64,000 nucleotides of DNA from Desulfobacterales bacterium (GTDB lineage Bacteria; Desulfobacterota; Desulfobacteria; Desulfobacterales; Desulfosalsimonadaceae). Position 1 is the stretch's first letter; every line of letters begins with the position of its first letter. A program made the translations under genes and the position numbers. Shown piece by piece: positions 18,995-28,554 of the stretch. Below the pieces are notes generated by a model. The model saw only the letters and a program-made list of their open reading frames with translations, did not search any database and was not told where the DNA came from. The stretch spans positions 25,483-89,482 of the forward strand of contig JBKHES010000001.1 of NCBI GenBank assembly GCA_046540695.1. Direction: 5' to 3'.

Positions 18995-20377
18995 ATGCAG
19001 CTTGCCGGCAAGCATATAACAGTTGTCGGCCTTGGCAAAACAGGGCAGGCCATGGCTGAGTTCCTGCTTAGGCAAGGGGCGAGGGTGACGGTTTCAGACA
19101 GCGCGTCTGAACAACAACTGGGCGATGTCGCCGGGTCCCTCAGGCAGGCGGGCGCTAGGGTTGAGCTCGGCCGGCACGGGCCTGATGCGTTTGAAAATGC
19201 GGATTTAATTGTTTTAAGTCCCGGGGTGCCCCATACCATCGAACAGGTAAGAGCGGCCCGCAAGGCCGGGGTGCCGGTAACAGGCGAAATCGAGCTGGCG
19301 TCAAGGTTTATAAACACGCCGGTTGTTGCGGTAACAGGAACCAACGGCAAGTCCACGGTCACCCGGCTGATCGGGCTGATGCTGGAAAAATCAGGGCTGA
19401 CAGCGTTTGTGGGCGGAAACCTGGGCACGCCGCTTATATCATACGCAAACGGCGAACAGGGCGCCGATGTTGTTGTTGCGGAAATCAGCAGTTTCCAGCT
19501 TGACACGGCCGAGAGTTTTCATCCCGCGGTGGGGGTGCTGTTAAACATAACTGCTGATCACCTTGACAGGTATCCGGATTTACGCACATACGGCGAGTCC
19601 AAGGCAAAACTTTTTTCAAAACAGACCGGCAGGGACACAGCGGTGCTAAATGCTGCAGATCCCCTGGTAATGGAGCTCACAGAAAACATAAACTCCCGCA
19701 GGTGCTTTTTTAACTCTGACGCCGGTGGTGAATGCAATGCATGGATCGACGGAAGTGAGATCAGCATCTGTACCCCGCACACAGGAAAGGCAGTTATAGC
19801 AGGCAGGGATGTTTTTCTGCCGGGCAGGCATAATCTGGAAAACACGGCTGCTGCCGCCCTTGCCGCCCTTGCAGCGGGTGCGGACCTGAAAGGCGTCAGG
19901 GACGGCCTTCGTGATTTTAAACCTGATCCCCACCGGATGCAGTGGGTGGCTTGTATCAACGGGATCAATTATTACGACGACTCCAAGGCCACAAACGCGG
20001 ACGCAGTGGCCAGGGCTGTGGAGGCAATGGAGGCGCCTGTTGTCCTTATTCTCGGCGGCAGGGACAAGGGCGGGGGTTACGGAAGCCTTGCTGAAACAAT
20101 CAGGCGGCATGCAAAGGCCCTGGTCGTGATGGGCGAGGCTGCGGATACGATATACAGGGAGCTGGGCAAAATTGTTGAGACCAGGCGCGCTTTATCCATG
20201 GATGAGGCTGTTGCAGAAGCCGGCGGGCTGGCTTCTGCAGGAGGCACGGTGCTGCTTTCTCCGGCCTGTGCGAGTTTTGACATGTATGAAAGCTATGCCC
20301 GCAGGGGCGAGGATTTTCAGCGGGCCGTCCTGAGCCTGGGAAGCGACGTAGATGGAAAACAGCATGGAAAAAAGTAA
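18995..20377 (+). CDS. murD: UDP-MurNAc-L-Ala:D-Glu ligase MurD
   Basis: MQLAGKHITVVGLGKTGQAMA.., VTGTNGKST. I use the internal ATG 18995. The track start 18887 overlaps mraY and adds non-homologous residues. Confidence 0.93.
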   Translation: MQLAGKHITVVGLGKTGQAMAEFLLRQGARVTVSDSASEQQLGDVAGSLRQAGARVELGRHGPDAFENADLIVLSPGVPHTIEQVRAARKAGVPVTGEIELASRFINTPVVAVTGTNGKSTVTRLIGLMLEKSGLTAFVGGNLGTPLISYANGEQGADVVVAEISSFQLDTAESFHPAVGVLLNITADHLDRYPDLRTYGESKAKLFSKQTGRDTAVLNAADPLVMELTENINSRRCFFNSDAGGECNAWIDGSEISICTPHTGKAVIAGRDVFLPGRHNLENTAAAALAALAAGADLKGVRDGLRDFKPDPHRMQWVACINGINYYDDSKATNADAVARAVEAMEAPVVLILGGRDKGGGYGSLAETIRRHAKALVVMGEAADTIYRELGKIVETRRALSMDEAVAEAGGLASAGGTVLLSPACASFDMYESYARRGEDFQRAVLSLGSDVDGKQHGKK

Positions 20378-21473
20378 ACTGAAAACAGGTTTTCCTGATC
20401 CTGTGCTGCTTTTTGCGGTCCTGATTCTGAGCGTCATCGGGGCTGCAATGGTTTACAGCGCCAGCAGCGAGCTTGCCCTGAGGCTGTACGGAGACGAGTA
20501 CCATTTTTTTTCAAGGCAGTTAGCAAACCTGGCCCTGGGGTTTTGCGCCATGCTGGTGCTGTTTGTCCTCCCTTACAGGATTTTTCTGAAATTGAGCTAC
20601 TTTATGCTACTGGCCGCAGTGGTTATGCTTTCGGTGGTGCTGTTTACTGACGTCGGTCATTCGGCGGGCGGGGCCACCCGGTGGCTGCGAATTGCCGGAT
20701 TGCAGTTTCAGCCGGCTGAATTTGCAAGGCTGGCGCTGATAGTGTTCATGGCATATTCGCTTTCCAAAAAGCAGGAAAAGGTCGCGGAGGCTTCTATAGG
20801 TTTTCTTCCGCATTTTCTGGTGCTCTGCGTGTTTACGGTTCTGATACTTTTGCAGCCGGATTTCGGAACCGTGGCACTGCTGTGGATACTTGCATGGATC
20901 ATAATGTTTGCAGGCAGAGTTCCGCTCAGGCACCTGGCATCCGCGGTCTTAATTATAATGCCGGCTGCGCTATGGCTTCTGTTTTCCGCGGACTACAGGA
21001 TAAGGCGTTACATGACGTTTCTCGACCCGTGGAAAGTACCAAAGGATGACGGCTACCAGATAATACACTCTCTGATGGCATTCGGTTCGGGGGGGATTTT
21101 CGGCAAAGGCTTCGGTGAAGGCTATCAGAAGCTGTTTTATCTGCCGACACCCCACACGGATTTCATTTTTTCGGTGATCGGCGAAGAAGGCGGCCTAATA
21201 TGGGTTTTAATGGTCTTGGGGCTATACATTGTTATTCTGCTGCGCGGAATGAAGATTTCTGCTGATGCCCCGGACTATTTCGGCTCACTGCTCGCCTTCG
21301 GTATCACTGCGGCCATTGGCCTTCACGCTGTCGTAAACATGGGGGTCAACCTGAGTCTGCTGCCGACCAAGGGGCTGACCCTTCCGTTTCTGAGTTACGG
21401 AGGTTCGTCGCTGGTTTTTAACCTTGGATGTATAGGCATACTTATGAATATCGCCAACGCGAGGGAAAAATGA
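20352..21473 (+). CDS. ftsW: Peptidoglycan glycosyltransferase FtsW (SEDS family)
   Basis: 373 aa, ~10 TM helices. SEDS blocks: RWLRIAGLQFQPAEFAKL-like, PDFGT, LPTKGLTLPFLSYGGSS. Confidence 0.93.
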   Translation: MENSMEKSKLKTGFPDPVLLFAVLILSVIGAAMVYSASSELALRLYGDEYHFFSRQLANLALGFCAMLVLFVLPYRIFLKLSYFMLLAAVVMLSVVLFTDVGHSAGGATRWLRIAGLQFQPAEFARLALIVFMAYSLSKKQEKVAEASIGFLPHFLVLCVFTVLILLQPDFGTVALLWILAWIIMFAGRVPLRHLASAVLIIMPAALWLLFSADYRIRRYMTFLDPWKVPKDDGYQIIHSLMAFGSGGIFGKGFGEGYQKLFYLPTPHTDFIFSVIGEEGGLIWVLMVLGLYIVILLRGMKISADAPDYFGSLLAFGITAAIGLHAVVNMGVNLSLLPTKGLTLPFLSYGGSSLVFNLGCIGILMNIANAREK

Positions 21474-22663
21474 ATTCGGCCGGCCACAGGGGCGCAGACG
21501 GGGCGAAAGCAGAAAGCCCGCTTAATCCCGGGGATTTCGTTATGCGTCTTGTTATCGCGGGAGCCGGGACCGGCGGCCACCTGTTTCCCGGTATAGCGGT
21601 GGCAGACGAGTTGATGAAGCGCTCTTCCGGGTCCAGGGTTCTTTTCATAACCACCGGCAGGCCTGTGGAGAGAACTGTTCTGGCTGACAGATCCTTTGAA
21701 ATCTCGGAAATCTCCGCCTCTGGTTTCAAGGGGATGGGACTTTTGAAAAAGATGGGGGCTTTGACTGTTCTGCCCAGGGGGCTTTTCCAGTCCCTGAGGC
21801 TTTTGAAAAGCTTTCGCGCTGATGCGGTTCTGGGCATGGGAGCTTATTCCTCTGCCCCGGTTCTGGTCGCGGCATCCCTGTCGGGAATACCCGGGTTTAT
21901 CCATGAGCAGAACCGGATTGCCGGGATGACAAACCGCTGGCTTGGCAGGTTTGCAAAACTCGTGTTTGTGTCTTTTAAAGATACCTGTATCGGCAGCAAT
22001 CCCGGCAAAATCGTGTATACAGGAAATCCTGTCCGAAGTGAAATCCGCAGATGCGCGAAGGCCAGAATGCAGGTCGAAGGAAAAGACCCTGAAGATCAGT
22101 TCACCGTGCTTGTCCTGGGAGGAAGCCAGGGGGCAAGCGCTATAAACACGGCAATGACCGAAGCGTTTTCGCATATAACAAATCCCGAGAAATTCAGGGT
22201 GATACATCAGACAGGCACCCGGGACGAAGAAACCGTGCGGCTGGCCTATGAATCCATGGGAGTGGAGGCCACAGTGTCTGCATTTTTTAACGATATGGAA
22301 AGCGTTTATAAGCAGGCAGACCTGGCAGTATGCAGGGCCGGGGCATCAACGGTGGCTGAAATTGCAGCGGTGGGGCTTCCTGCGGTTTTTGTACCGTTTC
22401 CCCATGCGGCAGACGACCACCAGGCGGCAAATGCCGAGGGGCTGGAGTCTGCAGGAGCTGCAGAGATAATATACGAGAAGGACTTAAACGGACGGGAGCT
22501 TGCACGGCGCCTGCAGTATTACCAAGAGGATGAAGCCTCGTTTAAAAGATTCTGCGCCGCTGCGGAAAATGCAGGCCGTGCTGATGCAGCCTCCTTGATT
22601 GTCGATGAAATAGCGGCTTCATTGACGGCAAAGCATCGGCAAAAAAAGCAGGGCAGGGGATAG
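21470..22663 (+). CDS. murG: UDP-GlcNAc:lipid I GlcNAc transferase MurG
   Basis: VIAGAGTGGHLFPGIAVADEL, GGSQGA. I take the start at the ATGA overlap with the ftsW stop. ATG 21542 (MRLVIAG..) is an alternative, and the track start 21428 is less likely. Confidence 0.92.
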   Translation: MNSAGHRGADGAKAESPLNPGDFVMRLVIAGAGTGGHLFPGIAVADELMKRSSGSRVLFITTGRPVERTVLADRSFEISEISASGFKGMGLLKKMGALTVLPRGLFQSLRLLKSFRADAVLGMGAYSSAPVLVAASLSGIPGFIHEQNRIAGMTNRWLGRFAKLVFVSFKDTCIGSNPGKIVYTGNPVRSEIRRCAKARMQVEGKDPEDQFTVLVLGGSQGASAINTAMTEAFSHITNPEKFRVIHQTGTRDEETVRLAYESMGVEATVSAFFNDMESVYKQADLAVCRAGASTVAEIAAVGLPAVFVPFPHAADDHQAANAEGLESAGAAEIIYEKDLNGRELARRLQYYQEDEASFKRFCAAAENAGRADAASLIVDEIAASLTAKHRQKKQGRG

Positions 22664-22664
22664 C

Positions 22665-24041
22665 ATGTATCGAAAGCAGTATCATATACACTTCGTTGGC
22701 ATAGGCGGCATTGGCATGAGCGGAATCGCCGAGCTCCTGCTCAACCTGGGCTACCGGGTCTCGGGCTCTGACATTTCTGAGTCAGATATCACCAGACGAC
22801 TGACGGGCCTGGGCGGGAAAATATTTGTCGGACACAGCCCTGAAAACGTGAAAGATGCAGACGTGGTGGTTACATCATCTGCCATCAACCGCGAAAATGC
22901 AGAGGTCAGCGCGGCACTGGCCGCATCCGTGCCCGTGATACCGAGAGCGGAGATGCTTGCCGAACTCATGCGCCTTAAATACAGCGTTGCTGTTGCCGGG
23001 GCCCACGGAAAGACCTCAACTACTTCGATGATGGCCGCAGTGCTCGAGGCCGGAGGTATGGATCCCACGGTTGTTATAGGAGGCAAGCTCAAAAGCATCG
23101 GCAGCAACGCGGTTCTGGGCAGAGGCGACTTCATCGTTGCCGAGGCGGATGAAAGCGACGGATCGTTTCTCAAGTTTTCGCCCACCATTTCAGTTGTTAC
23201 GAACATCGATCTCGAGCATCTTGATTTTTACACCGATCTTGAGGAGATAAAGCAGGTGTTCCTGCAGTTCATTGACAGGCTGCCGTTTTACGGCCTGGCT
23301 GTTTTGTGTCTGGACAACGAACACGTGCAGGACCTTATCCCTGAGATAAAAAAACGCTGTATCACTTACGGCCTTTCAGCCCAGGCTGATTTTCAGGCAG
23401 CTGCTCTGGTTTTCCGGGGCGCAAAAAGCGGTTTTTCGGTCTATCACCAGGGCGTGCACCTGGGAGACGTGAGTTTGAACCTTCCGGGCAGGCACAATGT
23501 TTCAAACGCCCTGGCGGCAATAGCTGTGGGCCATGAACTGGAAATTCCCTTTGAAACCATCCGCGCATCCCTTGAAAGCCTTGAAGGTGTTCAGCGGCGT
23601 CTGGAAGAAAGGTCAGAGACGGGCGGAATAAAGATTATAGACGACTACGGCCATCATCCCACGGAAATAAAGACCACCCTGGAGGCTATCAAGACAAGCT
23701 GGCCTGACAGGCGGCTGGTGGTTGTATTCCAGCCCCACCGCTACAGCAGGACCAGCGCCCTGTTTGACGGGTTTGCAAGGTCTTTTTACCAGTCCGACGT
23801 CCTTATTGTTATGCCCGTGTATGCTGCAAACGAACGGGAAATCAAGGGGGTTGACCATAATGAGCTTTGCGGCGCCATATGCGCTCATGGCCATAAGCGG
23901 GCGCATGCGGCAGACGACATGGAGGCGGCCCTGGATCAGCTGGAGAAAATCCTGGAGCAGGGCGATATAGTTTTGACCCTGGGCGCGGGGAATGTATGGC
24001 AGGTTGGAGATGCTCTGTGCGAGCGGCTCAGCAGAAAGTAA
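22665..24041 (+). CDS. murC: UDP-N-acetylmuramate:L-alanine ligase MurC
   Basis: HFVGIGGIGMSGIAE, VAGAHGKTSTTSM. Confidence 0.95.
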   Translation: MYRKQYHIHFVGIGGIGMSGIAELLLNLGYRVSGSDISESDITRRLTGLGGKIFVGHSPENVKDADVVVTSSAINRENAEVSAALAASVPVIPRAEMLAELMRLKYSVAVAGAHGKTSTTSMMAAVLEAGGMDPTVVIGGKLKSIGSNAVLGRGDFIVAEADESDGSFLKFSPTISVVTNIDLEHLDFYTDLEEIKQVFLQFIDRLPFYGLAVLCLDNEHVQDLIPEIKKRCITYGLSAQADFQAAALVFRGAKSGFSVYHQGVHLGDVSLNLPGRHNVSNALAAIAVGHELEIPFETIRASLESLEGVQRRLEERSETGGIKIIDDYGHHPTEIKTTLEAIKTSWPDRRLVVVFQPHRYSRTSALFDGFARSFYQSDVLIVMPVYAANEREIKGVDHNELCGAICAHGHKRAHAADDMEAALDQLEKILEQGDIVLTLGAGNVWQVGDALCERLSRK

Positions 24042-25018
24042 ATCCGTTTTTTATCAACGGGGAATCAGGTTTGTTAACAAGCCAGTTTAAAAAGCAGCTT
24101 GCCGAAAAATTCGGTGAAAGGGTCCGCTTTGATGTTCCCATGGCCCGTCACACTTATTTCAGGGTTGGAGGTCCTGCGGATGCCATGGCCATGCCCGCGG
24201 ATATCAGAGAACTCAAGGATCTTCTCGGCCTGGTGGAACAGGCCGGTGTTGACTGGTTCGTGCTCGGCGGCGGAACCAACCTGCTGGTAAAGGACAAGGG
24301 CATCAGAGGGGTCGTGGTTTCCCTGGAAAAGGGGTTTTCAGCAATAGAAACCGTTGAATCAAGCACAGACAGGGTGCTGGTCCGCGCGGGAGCGGGCGCA
24401 GGGCTGAGCGCCCTGTGCAGGTATGCGCTGGAAAACAACCTGGCCGGGATGAACTTTGCCGTAGGGATCCCGGGCACAGTGGGAGGTGCAGTGGTCATGA
24501 ACGCAGGCACCAGGCAGGGATCAATGGAATCGGTGCTGGCGGCAATTGATGTGCTGAATGCGCCTGATGTAACAGTCACCATTCCTGCAAAATCCCTTTC
24601 GTTTACATACAGGAGCCTGAAATGGGACCGGTCCGTGATTGGGAAAAGCGACCGCGAACCCATTGTGCTTGCCGGCTTATTCGGGCTTATACCCGCCGAC
24701 GGCAGGGAGCAGGCAGCCGAGGCCCGGCGTATGCGGGAGTTGCGAAGGCAAAGCCAGCCGGCCGGTTTTTCCGCGGGATGCGCGTTTAAAAATCCATCCG
24801 CGGACATGCCTGCGGCAAGATTAATTGACCATGCCGGGTTAAAGGGCATGAGGATAGGAGATGCCCAGGTGTCAGAGATCCACGCCAATTTTATTGTAAA
24901 TCTTGGCGGGGCAAATGCAGCAGACATTCTGCGACTCATGGAAAAGGTCAGGGAAAAGGTATTTATTGCACACGGAGTTGAGCTTGAACCAGAGATAATA
25001 ACCGTGGGTGAGCAATAA
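23996..25018 (+). CDS. murB: UDP-N-acetylenolpyruvoylglucosamine reductase MurB
   Basis: ..PMARHTYFRVGGPA.., FAD-binding domain, ..FKNP... The start is uncertain. ATG 23996 overlaps murC by 46 nt. An in-frame TTG at 24071 (after GGGGAA) fits a typical MurB N-terminus better. Confidence 0.9.
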   Translation: MAGWRCSVRAAQQKVNPFFINGESGLLTSQFKKQLAEKFGERVRFDVPMARHTYFRVGGPADAMAMPADIRELKDLLGLVEQAGVDWFVLGGGTNLLVKDKGIRGVVVSLEKGFSAIETVESSTDRVLVRAGAGAGLSALCRYALENNLAGMNFAVGIPGTVGGAVVMNAGTRQGSMESVLAAIDVLNAPDVTVTIPAKSLSFTYRSLKWDRSVIGKSDREPIVLAGLFGLIPADGREQAAEARRMRELRRQSQPAGFSAGCAFKNPSADMPAARLIDHAGLKGMRIGDAQVSEIHANFIVNLGGANAADILRLMEKVREKVFIAHGVELEPEIITVGEQ

Positions 25019-25865
25019 TATGAACAGTAAACGGCAGCCGGAAAACCGTTACAGTAACACAGCCGTCCAGACACGGAGTTTTTCTGACCGATGGCCTGTG
25101 ACCCTTTTGAAGGGACTTTCCGTTGCCGCGGCAATCGGGGTCATGGGCCTGGTGTTTGCCTCAGGCTATGGCTGGCTGACAGGCTGCAGTTATTTCAGGG
25201 CTGAATCCATCGAGATCACAGGCGCTGAAAGGCTCGGCCAAAAGCAGATCCTTGAGGCCGCAAAGATATCAAAAGGAGTAAATATACTTTCTGTAAATTT
25301 GAGCACAGCCAGCAAACGCCTTCTTGCCCTGCCGTGGGTTGCTGAGGTTGAAATCAGAAGAGACCTGCCGGATTCTTTTGCAATAAACGTTACTGAGCAC
25401 AGGCCGATGGCGGTTATCGAGCTGGGCAGTCGATTTCTGGTCAATTCGTCCGGAGAAATTTTCAAGGAGGCAGGCAGCGGTGATTTCACCGAACTTCCCT
25501 TGATAAAGGGAGCGGAATACCGGGACTGGAAAGACGGCGGCAAGGTTGCAGAATCCGTGATGTCGGTGATCACCCGGGGAAAAGGTTCCGAAAGCGTGCT
25601 TCCGGCAGAAAGGATTAAGCGAATAGAAGTGGACCGTGAACTCGGCCTGACGGTAATAACCGAAGATTTCCCTGCGGAAAAAATCTACATGGGATTTGGC
25701 GGATACGAAAACAAGTACCTGCGTTTGTCAAAAATCTTTTCATATCTGGAGCGCAGGGGGGCTTCTTCCCGGTTCGAGGAAATTGATCTGAGGTATCCGG
25801 ACAGGATCGTGGCAAAGCCGGCGGAGGCGAAAAAGGTTTTAATCAAGGGGCAAAAGGAGGCCTGA
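25008..25865 (+). CDS. ftsQ: Cell division protein FtsQ (POTRA domain)
   Basis: 285 aa with a TM helix (VAAAIGVMGLVFASGYGWL), then a POTRA-like stretch (FRAESIEITGAERL.. ILSVNL.. LPWVAEVEIRR). Canonical position. Confidence 0.88.
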   Translation: MSNNMNSKRQPENRYSNTAVQTRSFSDRWPVTLLKGLSVAAAIGVMGLVFASGYGWLTGCSYFRAESIEITGAERLGQKQILEAAKISKGVNILSVNLSTASKRLLALPWVAEVEIRRDLPDSFAINVTEHRPMAVIELGSRFLVNSSGEIFKEAGSGDFTELPLIKGAEYRDWKDGGKVAESVMSVITRGKGSESVLPAERIKRIEVDRELGLTVITEDFPAEKIYMGFGGYENKYLRLSKIFSYLERRGASSRFEEIDLRYPDRIVAKPAEAKKVLIKGQKEA

Positions 25866-25866
25866 G

Positions 25867-27093
25867 GTGAAAGATCAGGAAGAAATAGTCGTAGGACTGG
25901 ATATAGGCACAACCAAGATATGCACGGTGGTTGCCGAAGTGTCCGGCGGGAATGTAAATATCATAGGCATAGGAAGTCACCCTTCAATCGGGCTGCGCAA
26001 AGGGGTTGTGGTCAACATAGACTCAACCGTTGACTCCATAAAAAAGGCAGTACAGGACGCCGAGCTTATGGCGGGGTGTGAAATCTCATCAGTGTATGCC
26101 GGTATTGCGGGCGGGCATATTACCGGGTTCAACAGCCACGGTGTGATTGCCATCAAGGGCAGCGAAATTACCCAGGCGGATGTCAACCGGGTCATAGAGG
26201 CGGCCCGTGCAGTGGCCATTCCCATGGACAGGGAAGTCATCCATGTGCTGCCCCAGGAATTCATAATAGACGGCGAGGCCGGCATCCAGAACCCCGTGGG
26301 AATGGCCGGAGTAAGGCTTGAGGCAAGGATTCACATAGTAACCGGCGCAGTGACTTCAGCGCAGAACATCGTAAAATGCGCCAATCAGGCCGGCCTTGAC
26401 GTATGCGACATTATTCTCGAGCCAATTGCCTCCTGCGAATCCGTTCTTACTCCTGAGGAACGCGAAGTGGGTACAGGCCTTATAGATCTTGGGGGCGGGA
26501 CAACCGATCTGGCCGTATTTTCAGGCAATACCATCCGTCACACCTTTGTGTTGTCGCTTGGCGGCAATAACATGACAAACGACATTTCAGTGGGTCTCCG
26601 TGTTCCGATGGCTGAAGCTGAACGCATAAAAAAGGACCACGGCACCTGTGCCCCGGACAGGATCAAAAGCGACGAAACCATCGACCTGCCGGATATAGGA
26701 AGCAGGAAAGGAAAAAAACTTCCCAGGCAGATCCTCGCTGAAATACTGGAGCCGCGCGTGGAGGAGATATTCGCCCTGCTTCGCAGGGAGGTCAATCGAT
26801 CTGCCATGAACGAGGATATCGGCTCAGGGATTGTTATCACCGGCGGCGCCTCTCTTCTGGACGGAATCTCGGAGGTTGCGGAATCAGTTTTCGAAGTCCC
26901 GGTGCGCAGGGGAACGCCGCACGGAATAAGCGGCCTGGTCGACGTAGTCAATAATCCCATGTATGCCACGGGCGTGGGCTTGGTCTTGTACGGGGCAAAA
27001 GACGAGGAGCGAAAGAAGTTCCGCATCCGGGACACAAACATTTTCCACAGGATCATAAACCGCATGAAAAGGTGGTTCAATGAAGTGATATAG
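25867..27093 (+). CDS. ftsA: Cell division protein FtsA
   Basis: GTG start after GGAGG. VVGLDIGTTKICTVVAE, actin-like ATPase blocks and a C-terminal amphipathic helix (INRMKRWFNEVI). Confidence 0.95.
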   Translation: MKDQEEIVVGLDIGTTKICTVVAEVSGGNVNIIGIGSHPSIGLRKGVVVNIDSTVDSIKKAVQDAELMAGCEISSVYAGIAGGHITGFNSHGVIAIKGSEITQADVNRVIEAARAVAIPMDREVIHVLPQEFIIDGEAGIQNPVGMAGVRLEARIHIVTGAVTSAQNIVKCANQAGLDVCDIILEPIASCESVLTPEEREVGTGLIDLGGGTTDLAVFSGNTIRHTFVLSLGGNNMTNDISVGLRVPMAEAERIKKDHGTCAPDRIKSDETIDLPDIGSRKGKKLPRQILAEILEPRVEEIFALLRREVNRSAMNEDIGSGIVITGGASLLDGISEVAESVFEVPVRRGTPHGISGLVDVVNNPMYATGVGLVLYGAKDEERKKFRIRDTNIFHRIINRMKRWFNEVI

Positions 27094-27181
27094 GGCCGTA
27101 AAAAGATGAAAACCGGGAATTCGGAACAAATCCGAAATCATAAAAAAGACATAAAACTCCAAAAATAAAAGGAGGCAGGAT

Positions 27182-28432
27182 ATGGATTTTACCTACGTAG
27201 ACCACGAAAAGTCCGCAAAAATCAAAGTTATCGGAATCGGAGGGGGCGGCGGCAATGCAGTTAACAACATGATAGACTCCCAGCTAAACGGGGTGAAATT
27301 TATTGCCGCCAATACCGATGCCCAGGCCCTGGCCCATGCAAAGGCAAACACCAAGATCCAGCTTGGCGAGCAGCTCACGCAGGGGCTGGGCGCCGGTGCA
27401 GACCCCAACGTGGGAAGGGACGCCGCACTGGAGTCTGCCGATCTTCTCCGGGAGGCCTTGAGCGAAAGCCACATGATTTTCATCGCAGCAGGCCTCGGCG
27501 GGGGCACTGGTACCGGAGCCGCACCGGTTATTGCCGAGATCTGCAAGGAGGTCGGCGCCCTTACGGTTGCTGTCGTGACAAAACCGTTTAAGTTCGAGGC
27601 AAAAAAGCGCAGCAAGCAGGCTGAAGACGGCATAGCCAGGTTAAAGGAGGTTGCAGACACTGTTATAACAATTCCAAACGACCGCCTGCGCGGGCTTGCC
27701 AAAAAAAACGCCACCCTGATAGATATGTTCAGGATGGCCGACGAGATACTTCACCATTCCGTAAAGGGCATCACCGACTTGATCATGCATCCGGGGCTGA
27801 TCAACCTGGACTTTGCAGACGTCAAAACCATCATGTCCAAGTCCGGCATGGCAATTATGGGCATAGGTATTTCCGATGGCGACAACCGTGCAATCGAGGC
27901 TGCGGAAAAGGCGATTTCCCATCCCCTTCTCGAGGACAATTCCATTTCCGGAGCCAAGGGTGTGCTGATGAATATCACGAGCAGCTCAGAACTTACAATG
28001 GAAGAAGCCATAGAGGCGTCCGAGCGGATATACAATGAAATCGGCGACGATGACGTGGAGATCATCTGGGGTACAGCCATGGATGACGGCCTTGGCGATG
28101 AAATGCGTATCACGGTTATAGCCACCGGCATAGGCGAGGAAAGCGGGGAGGATATGCATCTTCCCAGAAAGTCGGTGCGGCAGTTAAAAGATGTCAAGCG
28201 CGGAAGGGTTCGCGATTACACCACCGAAGACAGGGAATACGAAAAGACCCTTAACCAGCCAACTTTCTGGCGGGTAAAGCAGCAGGAGCAGCAGGAGCAG
28301 AAGCAGCAGGCAGAGCAGAAGAAGGAATCCGGCAGCGAACAGAAAAGAAAAAAAGCAGGAAACAGCATGGATGACTATTTTGACCTTGACATGCTCGATG
28401 TCCCGACTTTCCTGCGCAGGAAGGCTGATTAG
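27182..28432 (+). CDS. ftsZ: Cell division GTPase FtsZ
   Basis: GIGGGGGNAVNNM, GGGTGTGAAPVIAE, NDRL. The linker is Q/E/K-rich (QQEQQEQKQQAEQKK). The C-terminal peptide DYFDLDMLDVPTFLRRKAD is conserved. Confidence 0.97.
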   Translation: MDFTYVDHEKSAKIKVIGIGGGGGNAVNNMIDSQLNGVKFIAANTDAQALAHAKANTKIQLGEQLTQGLGAGADPNVGRDAALESADLLREALSESHMIFIAAGLGGGTGTGAAPVIAEICKEVGALTVAVVTKPFKFEAKKRSKQAEDGIARLKEVADTVITIPNDRLRGLAKKNATLIDMFRMADEILHHSVKGITDLIMHPGLINLDFADVKTIMSKSGMAIMGIGISDGDNRAIEAAEKAISHPLLEDNSISGAKGVLMNITSSSELTMEEAIEASERIYNEIGDDDVEIIWGTAMDDGLGDEMRITVIATGIGEESGEDMHLPRKSVRQLKDVKRGRVRDYTTEDREYEKTLNQPTFWRVKQQEQQEQKQQAEQKKESGSEQKRKKAGNSMDDYFDLDMLDVPTFLRRKAD

Positions 28433-28554
28433 GGGCGATCTGCGGAAAATTTGTTTAAAGTGCTTGACAAATGGGATCTTCCGTAATAGATGCAGTAGTT
28501 TAAATTTCTGTAATTTATTCGGCAGTCCGGAAGGCGGCGAAGGCAGCCTGATGA

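Noticed and set aside
18757-19506. 249-aa minus-strand ORF opposite mraY and murD. Comparable antisense ORFs lie at 12977-13699, 15792-16316, 26538-27080, 27193-27714, 31667-32398, 40186-40908 and 56872-57606.
   Set aside because: All lie opposite genes with diagnostic motifs and span gene boundaries or show biased composition. I treated them as non-coding shadows.
24154-25134. 326-aa minus-strand ORF opposite murB and ftsQ.
   Set aside because: It is a shadow ORF antisense to strongly recognisable dcw genes, with Ser/Pro/Ala-rich composition and no motifs.
28270-28325. CAG/GAG-rich trinucleotide-like repeat.
   Set aside because: It lies in frame inside the ftsZ linker and encodes QQEQQEQKQQAEQKK. 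This is ordinary low-complexity linker sequence, not a non-coding repeat or CRISPR-like array.
28464-28492. TTGACA followed by TAATAG/TAGATG upstream of the cytochrome/rnf genes, as a possible sigma-70 promoter.
   Set aside because: The -10 candidates have either a 14-nt spacer or only a 3/6 match. That is not strong enough to annotate as a feature.
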